Of a stretch of DNA of 64,000 bases, positions 39,754 to 49,230 are shown one piece after another. The stretch's first letter is position 1. Each line of letters begins with the position of its first letter. The notes below the pieces were generated by a model. The model did not search any database. It was not told the origin of the DNA and saw only the letters and a program-made list of their open reading frames with translations. Source of the DNA: a virus; IMG/VR virus record IMGVR_UViG_3300037297_000135, positions 66,484 through 130,483 of that record. One strand, written 5' to 3'. Made by a program: the position numbers and the translations under genes.

Positions 39754-40405
39754 ATATTTTATATTCAGCTTTTTTACATGCAGCTTTTAAGTTTTTCTCA
39801 TTATGTAAAAAATTATATGTTTGATTTTCAGCAAAACTAAAATAATTATCATTCCCGATAATTATATGATCAATTAAATCAATATCAATACTAAAAAAAG
39901 TATTATCTAAATTTTTTGTCAAATTTATATCAGCGTTTGAAGCTTCTAATTTACCACCTGGATGATTATGGGACAAAATAACTTTTTTTGCATTATAAAA
40001 TAATGCATTTTTTGCCATTTCTCTTTTATATGTTTTACATTCGTCTATTGTTCCGTTGCTTATGATTTTAGTTCTTATAATATCATTAGCATTGTTTAAA
40101 AACATACATACTATATATTCTTTATCATTTTTATGTTTAAAAAAGTTTTTCATGTATTCCCCAGCTATTGAAGTGCAATATATATTATATTTGTTTTCTG
40201 CTTTTAAATTTGTATATGTGTTAAATAATTTAATTAAATCATTTATTTTTTCTTTTTGGTTTTCTGTAATATTTAAAATTTTTGAATATTCAAATAAATT
40301 ATTGATTGAATTATCTTTTAAAAAATTTTCAATCTTTTTTTCATTTATTCCAGTAAAACCAGAAAATAATTTTATTATATTTTTTGTATCTTTTTTAATT
40401 TGCAT
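39749..40405 (-). CDS. radC: RadC-like JAB/MPN domain protein
   Basis: E...LSHNHPGG...SNAD...T...LIDHIIIG. Confidence 0.85.
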   Translation of the reverse strand: MQIKKDTKNIIKLFSGFTGINEKKIENFLKDNSINNLFEYSKILNITENQKEKINDLIKLFNTYTNLKAENKYNIYCTSIAGEYMKNFFKHKNDKEYIVCMFLNNANDIIRTKIISNGTIDECKTYKREMAKNALFYNAKKVILSHNHPGGKLEASNADINLTKNLDNTFFSIDIDLIDHIIIGNDNYFSFAENQTYNFLHNEKNLKAACKKAEYKIF

Positions 40406-40438
40406 AGTTTTTGCATTCTCCTTTTAATTCATTGTTTT

Positions 40439-40495
40439 TTTAAAACATACTAAAACATACAATTTTAAAAATTGTACGCTCTATATAGCTTTAAA
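40439..40495 (-). repeat. intergenic bulged hairpin element
   Basis: TTTAAAG-C-TATAT-AGAGCGTACAATTTT/AAAATTGTATGTTTT-A-GTATG-TTTTAAA. Confidence 0.9.
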
Positions 40496-40856
40496 CTTTT
40501 ATATTTATTTGTATTTCAATTTCACTATTACTTAAAAATCTAAACAAATTTTCTTTTTTAATCCAATTGATTATATTAGGTTTTTTTGGGTCAAGTGAAT
40601 ACAAAAAAGCAATATAATCAAAACTATTCCAAGAACATTCAAATATTTTTAAATATTGTTTTCCACAGATTTTTGTATCAATGCATCTTTCTTTTTGTGT
40701 ATTGATTGTAAATAATATTTCTTTAATTTGTATATAATCATTAGTAACCATATCAAAATAATGATATATTTTTTTGTTATCTTTATAAAAATATTCGATA
40801 TCTTCTTTATTTATAAAAGTAGTTTGATTTTTTTCATTTACAATAATTGTTTTCAT
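40491..40856 (-). CDS. hypothetical protein (first gene of the array)
   Basis: Start moved to MKTIIV by the AAGGAG RBS. Confidence 0.55.
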   Translation of the reverse strand: MKTIIVNEKNQTTFINKEDIEYFYKDNKKIYHYFDMVTNDYIQIKEILFTINTQKERCIDTKICGKQYLKIFECSWNSFDYIAFLYSLDPKKPNIINWIKKENLFRFLSNSEIEIQINIKV

Positions 40857-41039
40857 TTTTATCATTCTCCTTATATTTTGTATTGTTAAAACCTGCAAAA
40901 CAACAAAAACAAAGTTTTTGAAACAATGTTTTGCAAGCTTTATACAATACAAAAAAGATTTTATACAATTCAAAAATACAGAACTCCATAAAACCTTTTT
41001 GCATTGTTAAAGGAGAAAAGGAGAAATATTTCGAATTTT

Positions 41040-41985
41040 GCGACGTGTAGAAAATAGCGTAGTCTACAACTGCCTATTTTCCGTGGCTTTAGTTTTTATG
41101 TTGCTTGTATGTAGCTACATAACAACAAACTTCCAACATATACAATATACTATATCTCTAGTATCTTTTTTTCGTTACTGTTTGTTAATTGTTGTTGTAT
41201 CAAAGTGTTTACGCCTATTAAATCAAGTATACTCAATTTAATAAAATAACGGTTTTCACGTTACATTATACATGTCAATATCCCTATATGTAACAAAATT
41301 CAGCTACTACACGACTTTTCAAGCGACTACTCTTTTCATACCAGTTTCAAGACTTGTTTCGTTACTGTTATCAAGTCTTAAACTCTCTTTGTATTTCGTA
41401 ACACAGTATTTTACTAGATTAATGTCATATCCTAAAAAATGAAACTTCCATAACTGTAAAATGATTGAGTTTTCGTGCTTTGCTGTCTTTTATTAATTTT
41501 TCAATGTACAAAAATAGCATTGTTAAACGGTTTTATTGTTTACACGTTGTTTGTGTTATTCTCTTTCCCCAATAATCTAAGTCGTTAATTCGAGCTGATA
41601 CACGATTTTAACTAGCATGCAAGTTTATATAAGCTTGCAATTTTTCGTTGAATCGAGTCAACGTGGTAATTTCAATCGATTGACATAGTGTATACACTGT
41701 ATAGCCTTAGATTTAAGCATAACGGTCAATTAAAATTGACTCGATTAATGTCATATCAATTTTTATGTATCTAACAAAATCGAGTTCATTAGTTACACCA
41801 CAAACAACTTTATCCAAAATGTACATTTTTGACATAAGTTTTCTAATATCCCTCCATTCCTGTCAAAAGTACGGATTTAAAGTCAATGCTATTAATTTTT
41901 CAAAGAACAAGTCAATTTACTTAAAAGCTATCAAAGATGTCATGTCGACTTGTTGTCCGTCGACACCGTAATCATATAACGCCTA
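41040..41985. ncRNA. candidate large structured ncRNA
   Basis: No credible ORF, visibly higher GC than flanks, several 7-11-bp helices and internal 13-15-bp direct repeats. Confidence 0.45.
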
Positions 41986-42551
41986 AAAAATTTTGAAAAT
42001 GTTGATTTTAAATTGTTTTTGATTGTTTTTTTGATGTTTGATTTAAAATGCTTAATCATTTTCCTTTTTTCGCTTTTTTTTGTTTATTTTTGAGTTTTTT
42101 GAAAGAATTTTTGTTTTTTGGTTTTTTGTGTTTTAGATTTGATAACCTTTTTCAGATTTTAAAATTTTTTGTTTAAGTTAAATTGTATGTTTTAATTTTT
42201 TTGTTTGTTTGAATGCAGATTGTGTAAAGGTTTCAAAAGTTTGAATTTTTGCAGAAAAAAAATAAAAAAAGTTGACTGAATAAATATAGGTTGAATGGAT
42301 TAAAACATTTAAAACAGTGTGATTAAATAGGTTTTTGAAGATGAAAAAATTTTTTTGAATTTTGTCCAGATTTTGAAAAACTGGAAGTTTGAAAAGCCGA
42401 TTTTTTTAATGATTTTGTAATGTTTGAAATTGGATTGTAAAACAGTAATGTTTTTATAGGTTTTTTGTGTTTGAATTGTAATATTTGAATAGTTGTTTTT
42501 GCTGTATAATGGTTATATCAACAAAATAAAATTTAAAGGAGATTAAAGATT

Positions 42552-42710
42552 ATGTATAAAACATTCGCTGATTTGGCAACAGCAGCATTAAACAAAGGAT
42601 ATAGAATTTACAGAAAAGATAATGAATTGTATTACGTAAAGGATTTTGTAAATGATAGATTCGCTGAAAATGTAACAAAAAGCGGGATTATAAGATTGAT
42701 AAATAAGTAA
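42552..42710 (+). CDS. 52-aa hypothetical protein (not in ORF track)
   Basis: MYKTFADLATAALNKGY...; upstream TGTATAAT, AAAGGAG RBS, downstream terminator. Confidence 0.65.
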   Translation: MYKTFADLATAALNKGYRIYRKDNELYYVKDFVNDRFAENVTKSGIIRLINK

Positions 42711-42722
42711 TGGAGATATGTT

Positions 42723-42749
42723 AAGGCCTTGATGTAAGGCCTTTTTTTT
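42723..42749 (+). terminator. Rho-independent terminator
   Basis: AAGGCCTT-GATGT-AAGGCCTT followed by a T run. Confidence 0.7.
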
Positions 42750-43833
42750 ATGCCATTTTTTAAGGATATATGATGTATATAACATTGCTGGTATACAGCA
42801 TCATATATATCAATATATCAATTAATATTTAATGTTGTATTGATTGTATGTACCATATCAATTAACTATATCTGTTTAAATTTTAATCGATTGTATATGC
42901 CTTTTTGAGCTTTAAAACCATATATGTAAATTGTAACATATTGCATATTAATGCATGTATATGTATATATGCATATATGATATACGTGTATACAGCTTAT
43001 ATAGTGTATTTGATGTATGTTTGTATACAGATTAGATTTGTATGTTTAAGCAGCTGTAAAAAGATACCCTATATAGGTATATAAAATACTGACTGTATAC
43101 AGATATGCTGATTGTATTCAAACGCCTTGAAATAGCTGTTTTGAGACAAATAGACATTGTTTTGTATTTTGTAGTTCAGATAGTACACATTGTATTGTGT
43201 TAAGCTAATACAGTACAATGTATCGTATTTGAATGTGTGTTGTGTAGTGTTTCAGTAGGCTTCATACGTTGGATGATGGACAATGAATGATTTTGAATGG
43301 TTTTAGGTTTTTGAAGTTGATACATGATAGAAATGATACGATGTTAAGTGATGGACAATAGATAGGATATAGGATTGAACAGGTTTCAGACGTTGTACAG
43401 ACATGGATAGAACATTTGTTTGATATGTATGTTTTGATAATAACAATTTGATATTAACACAATGATAATAACAGAATGATAATATCAAAGTGATAATATG
43501 ACCAGGTCATAAGATGAGGTCATATGATTAGGTAGTATATGAAGTTGGATGATGAACGATGAAGTAATATGATGAAATATTGCGAAAGAGTGTAACGAAT
43601 TGCATTGTATAAATTTTGCGTATCTTTTTAGGTAAAATTGCTTCCTATATAAATCAAAAAATACAGCAAATACAAATGTTTATGTTTTATCCCAATTTTG
43701 ATGATTCTATTTAATTACTCATTAAATTGACTGAAACAATTGAAATGCTGATGAATACAGAGTTATATAATAATAGCCCCTACTTTACGTTTGTAAAAAT
43801 ATGGAGATACCCATTATCCCACCTACCTCCTTG

Positions 43834-44100
43834 AATCTCTGTTCAAGGATATTTTAAAATGTAGTTTAGATATATATATTTAAATTCAAAAATCCATCGT
43901 CTTTGACTCGGGCAAAATTTAAAATGTAGTTTAGATATATTTCAAATTCAAAAAAACTACAATCTCCGTTCAAGCATATTTTAAATCACAGTTTAGATAA
44001 ACAAAATCCAAAATTCAAAATTCAAAAAAAATCCCTGAATCTACGTTCAAGGATTAAATCAAATATAGTTTAGATTTATATTCAAAAACAAAATTCAAAT
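43834..44100. repeat. four imperfect ~62-77-bp direct repeats
   Basis: AGTTTAGAT at 43863, 43928, 43990, 44067; AATCTNNGTTCAAG at 43834, 43961, 44038. Confidence 0.75.
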
Positions 44101-44109
44101 TCAAAAAAG

Positions 44110-44682
44110 TTATTTAAAGTTATTCCAATCTACTTTATTTTCATCTAAATACACAAAAAACATTTTCCCTAAATCACCTTGATTTTCATAAATACCTCTA
44201 TTATCTTTTCCAATTTTACAAAATGTATAAATCCCATAATTCACATGCAAACCTGTTCCATCTTGAAAGTCTATCAATGTATAATTGAAATTTTTATTTT
44301 TCAAATATTTTTCAAAACTCAACAAAACTTCTTCAGTTAAAAGTTCCTTACTTGTTACAACTCTTGCATATGTTCCTATTCTTTCTGTATTCAATCCATT
44401 CATTAAAGGTCTTTCTTGCAACTGATTTTGCAACAAATATTTATTCATATTTTCCATCTCCTTATTTTCTATTTTTTTAGTTTCAATTATCTGTATTTTA
44501 GTTATTGTTGGTTTTGGTGTTTTAACTGAGGTTTGAGTATTTGATTCATATTTATTTATTGTATTTACAGCTTGTGTATTTACATAAGTTCCATCTGACA
44601 ACAAATCAATTATTGCATAAATTAATAAAAAACAAATCATTAAAAACTTCATACCATCGATTATTTTAAATAAATTATTCAA
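44110..44682 (-). CDS. membrane-anchored hypothetical protein
   Basis: N-terminal TM helix, Thr/Pro linker. Confidence 0.55.
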   Translation of the reverse strand: MNNLFKIIDGMKFLMICFLLIYAIIDLLSDGTYVNTQAVNTINKYESNTQTSVKTPKPTITKIQIIETKKIENKEMENMNKYLLQNQLQERPLMNGLNTERIGTYARVVTSKELLTEEVLLSFEKYLKNKNFNYTLIDFQDGTGLHVNYGIYTFCKIGKDNRGIYENQGDLGKMFFVYLDENKVDWNNFK

Positions 44683-44723
44683 TTTGCATTCACCCTTTTT
44701 TCAAATTTGTTCAATTTTACTAT

Positions 44724-45089
44724 TTAAAAATTTGGTAGATTAATGCTTACAAAAATACATTTTACCCAGTTATATTTTTCAACTATTTTTATTGCTTCTT
44801 TTTCTTTCTGTTCATTATTTAGCAACCCAAAATTTTCATCATAATTATTATCAGTATCAATTATATCTTCCACTAATGTTTCAAAGTCATTTTCTTTAGA
44901 ATAAATCATTTCATCATCATCATACCAATAATAATCTATTCTTGATTCTCCCCAACTACCAACAAAAAAATTACTATCATCATTAGAAACTATTTCACCA
45001 TCAACTATCGGAAGTATTGGTAGTTCTGGATTTTCTTTTATTAATTGTAATAAATCATTTACATTTTTTTGTTGTTTATTCATATTCAA
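44724..45089 (-). CDS. hypothetical phage protein
   Basis: LIKENPELPILPIVDGEIV block. Confidence 0.55.
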   Translation of the reverse strand: MNMNKQQKNVNDLLQLIKENPELPILPIVDGEIVSNDDSNFFVGSWGESRIDYYWYDDDEMIYSKENDFETLVEDIIDTDNNYDENFGLLNNEQKEKEAIKIVEKYNWVKCIFVSINLPNF

Positions 45090-45364
45090 AACCTATCCTT
45101 TTTTTTGTTGTTTATATATATTTTACCACAATTTCAGTGAATTTGAAAAATCAAATTTTCGTAGATTTTTTTGAAATTGTTTCGATAATTTGAAAAACAA
45201 TCAAATATATGGTATAATATGTATAAAATTGAACAATTTTGAAAATTGAAAATCGATTAAATATTTTTTTCGATATATGTACTCTGTTATAGAATAAGAG
45301 GGGCGAAACTTCAAAAAATCGTATTGTATGTTTGTGATATCAATGGATTTCAGGTTTTTTCAAA

Positions 45365-45416
45365 AGTTAAAGATTTTAACTTATCCCCTTGTTTTGAGTT
45401 AAAGTTTTTAACTTAT
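45365..45416. promoter_or_regulatory. pair of 20-bp near-palindromic direct repeats upstream of the RepL-like gene
   Basis: AGTTAAAGATTTTAACTTAT (45365) and AGTTAAAGTTTTTAACTTAT (45397). Confidence 0.7.
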
Positions 45417-45460
45417 GATTTAAATAATATTAATTAAATTTAATAGGGAGATATAATTTT

Positions 45461-45970
45461 ATGTCAAATATAATAATGAACACAAAAACTGGAGAGATAG
45501 ATAAAGAAATAAGAGATGGTGATATTATCAAAGTTATCAGGAAAGAGAGTCTTGATTATTTAGATACTTATGAAACATGGGTTGTTGAAAGATTTTTTAA
45601 AGGAAATATTAATGAAATTGAAAAGCTGCTTACTGAATTAACTATAGGTGAAAAAGCATTATTGTTTTCCATTGTTCCATTTATTGGTTATAATGATTGT
45701 TGTATAAAACATAGAAACAATTCGTGTATGAATATTGAAGATATCATTCAAAAAACTGGTATTTCGAAACCAACTGTTCATAAATCAATTAATTCATTAA
45801 TTAAAAAAGATATATTATACAAAGGCAAAAACAGTAAAGAAGTTCAAATATTTATTAATCCCTGGTTATTTTGCAAAGGCAATAGAATTAATAAGGTTTT
45901 AAAAACAATGTTCAAGAACTACAAAATCAAAGTAATGAACAATACAAAATGGAAAGATTTAAAACAATGA
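45461..45970 (+). CDS. RepL-like winged-HTH protein
   Basis: GISKPTVHKSINSLIKK HTH and FINPWLFCKG motif. Confidence 0.55.
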   Translation: MSNIIMNTKTGEIDKEIRDGDIIKVIRKESLDYLDTYETWVVERFFKGNINEIEKLLTELTIGEKALLFSIVPFIGYNDCCIKHRNNSCMNIEDIIQKTGISKPTVHKSINSLIKKDILYKGKNSKEVQIFINPWLFCKGNRINKVLKTMFKNYKIKVMNNTKWKDLKQ

Positions 45971-46122
45971 AAACAAACACAATATTCAAAAAAGAGGTTG
46001 CTGTATTTCGTTCTGAGTTAGCAAAACCAATGATTTTATGAGATTGATTAGTTAATCAATCAAATTTAATTTTATATTATCAACTAATCAAACTCAGAAA
46101 TCACATTACAAGCATCAAATGT

Positions 46123-46539
46123 TTAAACATTTATAGCTTTAATTTCAATATTATATTTTTTACAAAGTGTTTGAAATTTAAGTTCACTTGAGCAAGATGT
46201 TGCTTTTGCTGCTGAAAATCCTTTTTCTCTCAGGAATCTATATCTTTTAGCATATGTTTTATTTTTTACATATTCAATATTTTTAAATTTTCTGTCACCA
46301 TTGATTTTATTTGAAATTATTCTATCTGTTCTATTTTTTCTATCTGGTCTAAGTGTATCAAATTTACGCTTTACGATATCTCTTTTACCGCAAACATTCA
46401 ATTTTCTACAAACCGAATGTATCAACATTTTAACTTGGTACAATTTAATATTTAGGATTTCTGCCATTTGTTTTTCTGTTTTTTTAGATTGAATCAATTT
46501 ATACACTTTAAGTTCTTCATCGTTTAATTTATCAATCAT
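46123..46539 (-). CDS. LuxR-type HTH protein
   Basis: LNDEE..V..LI...KTEKQMAEILNI...QVK..IHSV.RKLNV. Confidence 0.6.
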   Translation of the reverse strand: MIDKLNDEELKVYKLIQSKKTEKQMAEILNIKLYQVKMLIHSVCRKLNVCGKRDIVKRKFDTLRPDRKNRTDRIISNKINGDRKFKNIEYVKNKTYAKRYRFLREKGFSAAKATSCSSELKFQTLCKKYNIEIKAINV

Positions 46540-46849
46540 GTTTATCATTCCTTTTTTTTTAACAATTATATCATAAAAAAAAATCATTTAAATACAATTT
46601 TTAAAAATGAAAAACAAATGACAAAATAAAATTCTGTAAAAAAAACCATCAAAACCCAAACCCAAATCCATGATTTACAAAAATCAAAATTCATGATATT
46701 ATATTTTTAGACTTGTTTCTACAAAATTCTAAGACTAAGAATTTTTCCTAAGAAAGAGATTCGGTGTGCCACTGAATCTCTTTTTCGTTGATTGAATTTT
46801 TTTTTTGAATAAAAAAAATGGTATAATTTAATCAATAAAAAGAAAGGAA

Positions 46850-47158
46850 GTGAAATACATGTATGAAGAATACATAGGCAAAAAAGTAATTGTTCGGTCA
46901 AAAGAAGCAGGTGTTTTTTTTGGTGAGCTTGTTAAAAAAGAAGGTAATGAAGTAAAGTTAAAAAACTGTAGATGGTTGTGGTCATGGTTTGGTGCTTTTA
47001 CAATATTTCAAATTGCTGTTGAAGGTGTAAAAGAACCTGAAAAATGCAAATTTACATTAACAGTAAACGATGTTTGTGTATTAGGTGTTTGTCAAATTGT
47101 TCCATGTACTGATGTTGCTATATCAAGTATAGAAGGTGTACCAACATGGAATATTTAA
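46850..47158 (+). CDS. conserved phage protein
   Basis: IGKKVIVRS.EAGVFFG...L.N.RWLW.W.GA motif. Confidence 0.6.
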   Translation: MKYMYEEYIGKKVIVRSKEAGVFFGELVKKEGNEVKLKNCRWLWSWFGAFTIFQIAVEGVKEPEKCKFTLTVNDVCVLGVCQIVPCTDVAISSIEGVPTWNI

Positions 47159-47754
47159 ATGATTTTTTAAGTTCAAATGATAATTTTTTTGATGATATGA
47201 ATTCTGTATATGGTTATGGTTTTGGTTTTGGCGATGCTGTTGGTTCTGGTAGTTTTGTTGAATCTAGTTCTAGTTTTGATTTTTGTTTTGATTCAGTTAA
47301 CAATTATAAGGTTCATTTAATTGACTGCATTCCAACAATATTAGAAAAAATCAAAAAAACAAAAGGCTTTTACATAGCAAAAGGAAAGATTTTAAAAAAT
47401 GATTTCACATTTCAAGACACATTTGTTGTAAAAAAAGAAGCTTGTTTTGCACACGGTTTAAATTTAAAACAAGCTTTCAAATCTTTGAATGAAAAGCTTT
47501 TTGACAAATTAGATGCAGGACAAAAAATGGATGAATTTTTCAAACACTTTGATTTCAACAAAAAATATGATGCTAAAGATTTTTTCATTTGGCATGGTAA
47601 ATTAACTAAAAGTTGTGAATTTGGCAGAAAATTTTTTGTTGAAAACAACAACATCAATATGAATAAAAAATATAGTATTAAGGAGTTTGTTGATATTTGT
47701 AAAGACCAATATGGTTACGAAATAATATCAAAGATATTAGATTATGAAAATTAG
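47146..47754 (+). CDS. phage protein with Gly-rich N-terminal repeats
   Basis: GYGFGFGDAVGSGS; overlaps the previous gene. Confidence 0.55.
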   Translation: MEYLNDFLSSNDNFFDDMNSVYGYGFGFGDAVGSGSFVESSSSFDFCFDSVNNYKVHLIDCIPTILEKIKKTKGFYIAKGKILKNDFTFQDTFVVKKEACFAHGLNLKQAFKSLNEKLFDKLDAGQKMDEFFKHFDFNKKYDAKDFFIWHGKLTKSCEFGRKFFVENNNINMNKKYSIKEFVDICKDQYGYEIISKILDYEN

Positions 47755-48049
47755 TAGAGGTATGATTGTAATCACAGAGTTTGAGGAAAAAGTCATTCCA
47801 TATATTGTTTTATACAATGAATCTACACAACTGCTTGATATTCATTGTGCAAATTGTGGCAAATTATATATGTTTGGATGTACTAAAAAGCAAGTAAATG
47901 ATTTTTTAAAAGAATTAAAAGTATTTGAAATAATCAATATTAACAAATGGATTGCTGAAAAAGGCTATAAGGTTCATGGTTGCAAAAAACCTGTAACTAT
48001 TTCTAAAACACCTCAAGAATATGAAGTTGAATACAAAAAAATTGAATAA
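47744..48049 (+). CDS. hypothetical protein
   Basis: CANC motif. Confidence 0.5.
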   Translation: MKISRGMIVITEFEEKVIPYIVLYNESTQLLDIHCANCGKLYMFGCTKKQVNDFLKELKVFEIININKWIAEKGYKVHGCKKPVTISKTPQEYEVEYKKIE

Positions 48050-48088
48050 AAAAGATGATGTTATCCAAAATAGTAACATCATCTTTTT
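48049..48088. terminator. bidirectional terminator
   Basis: 15-bp IR AAAAAGATGATGTTA/TAACATCATCTTTTT between convergent genes. Confidence 0.8.
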
Positions 48089-48151
48089 ATTTGGAAATCT
48101 CAATATGATATTAGAAAAATAAAATACTATTTCATTATACCATATTATATT

Positions 48152-48397
48152 TTAATCGTCACCCATATTTTTTATAGCTTCATTGTATTCTTCTATGCTT
48201 TCATCTAAAACATCATAAAAATCATCACTTATATTATTTTTATCTAAATAATGTTTTTTGCCTGATATTATTATATGTTTTTCTTCATAATTATCAATTC
48301 CATTTAAATTATTAAAATTCATCAATTTTTTCAAATTACGACTACAAATTCTACATTTTATTGTATTTAAGTTTATACAATTCACACATTTTGACAT
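48152..48397 (-). CDS. small Cys-containing hypothetical protein
   Basis: CVNC, CRIC; AAGGAG RBS. Confidence 0.5.
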   Translation of the reverse strand: MSKCVNCINLNTIKCRICSRNLKKLMNFNNLNGIDNYEEKHIIISGKKHYLDKNNISDDFYDVLDESIEEYNEAIKNMGDD

Positions 48398-48744
48398 TTT
48401 AAAAATTCTCCTTTCAAAAAGTATTTACTTCAATTTAAATTTATGGTATCATATTTTCTAGGAACTCTGCAAAACGACTAAAAAAAGTTCGTCTGTGGCT
48501 TATGAAATTTAGTGTCATCACTACTAAATTTATTATTATTTTGTAAATCAAATTACTTGTGAAGCTTGTAAAAATACCAATTAAAAGAGATTTAATACTG
48601 AAGATATTAAATCTCTTTTAGTTTTTAAATTTTTTATATTTGTATACAAGCTTTTGTAGCTTTTTATGATATGTTAATCAATGATTTCTATTTGTTTGAT
48701 GTTTCCATTGTCTGTGTAGCATTGATATTGTTTAAATTTGTTTT

Positions 48745-49143
48745 TTAAATATTTTCTAAAAAAACATCAGTTATTTCATTCAATATATCAGTAACAATCT
48801 CTTCTTTAGATTTGTTTATTTTATTTTTTTCATATTGAACTGTGTTAAATATCATTAACCTTCTAACAGAACTTTTCAAAACATCCATCATAGTTTTATA
48901 ATCCACATATGACAATGTATCTGATAATATTCCATCATTTACATCCATACTTATGTACATATAGATACTTGTGTCTAATAAATTTGATTCTGTACGTTCT
49001 TTATCTATTAAAACTGCAGCATTTTTTAATATTTTTCTTATTTTATTTAATTTTTCTTTATTTTCTGTAGATAAATTTTCTTTTGAAACATCTACAAATC
49101 CAGAAACCGTTCCATTATCATGTATTACTTTATCAAATTTCAT
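48745..49143 (-). CDS. hypothetical protein
   Basis: AGGAG RBS. Confidence 0.55.
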   Translation of the reverse strand: MKFDKVIHDNGTVSGFVDVSKENLSTENKEKLNKIRKILKNAAVLIDKERTESNLLDTSIYMYISMDVNDGILSDTLSYVDYKTMMDVLKSSVRRLMIFNTVQYEKNKINKSKEEIVTDILNEITDVFLENI

Positions 49144-49230
49144 ATTAAATCTCCTTATTTATTTTATTTTTTTTATTTATTCAATACTTTCTACTGTTTG
49201 TACAGGTTTAATATTTTTAAAATCATTTGT

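Noticed and set aside
32324-40495. CRISPR array or canonical integron
   Set aside because: Intervening DNA is whole genes; no consistent GTTRRRY/RYYYAAC cores; the nearby recombinase seems to lack the IntI insertion. Kept only as an attC-like analogy.
32324-40495. Repeated sigma-A promoters or Frpo-type ssDNA promoters
   Set aside because: No correctly spaced -35/-10 boxes seen in the elements, which are also much shorter than Frpo elements.
41038-41971. ORFs 41038..41241 and 41765..41971 as real genes
   Set aside because: Poorly spaced or absent RBS and atypical composition; they overlap the structured-RNA candidate.
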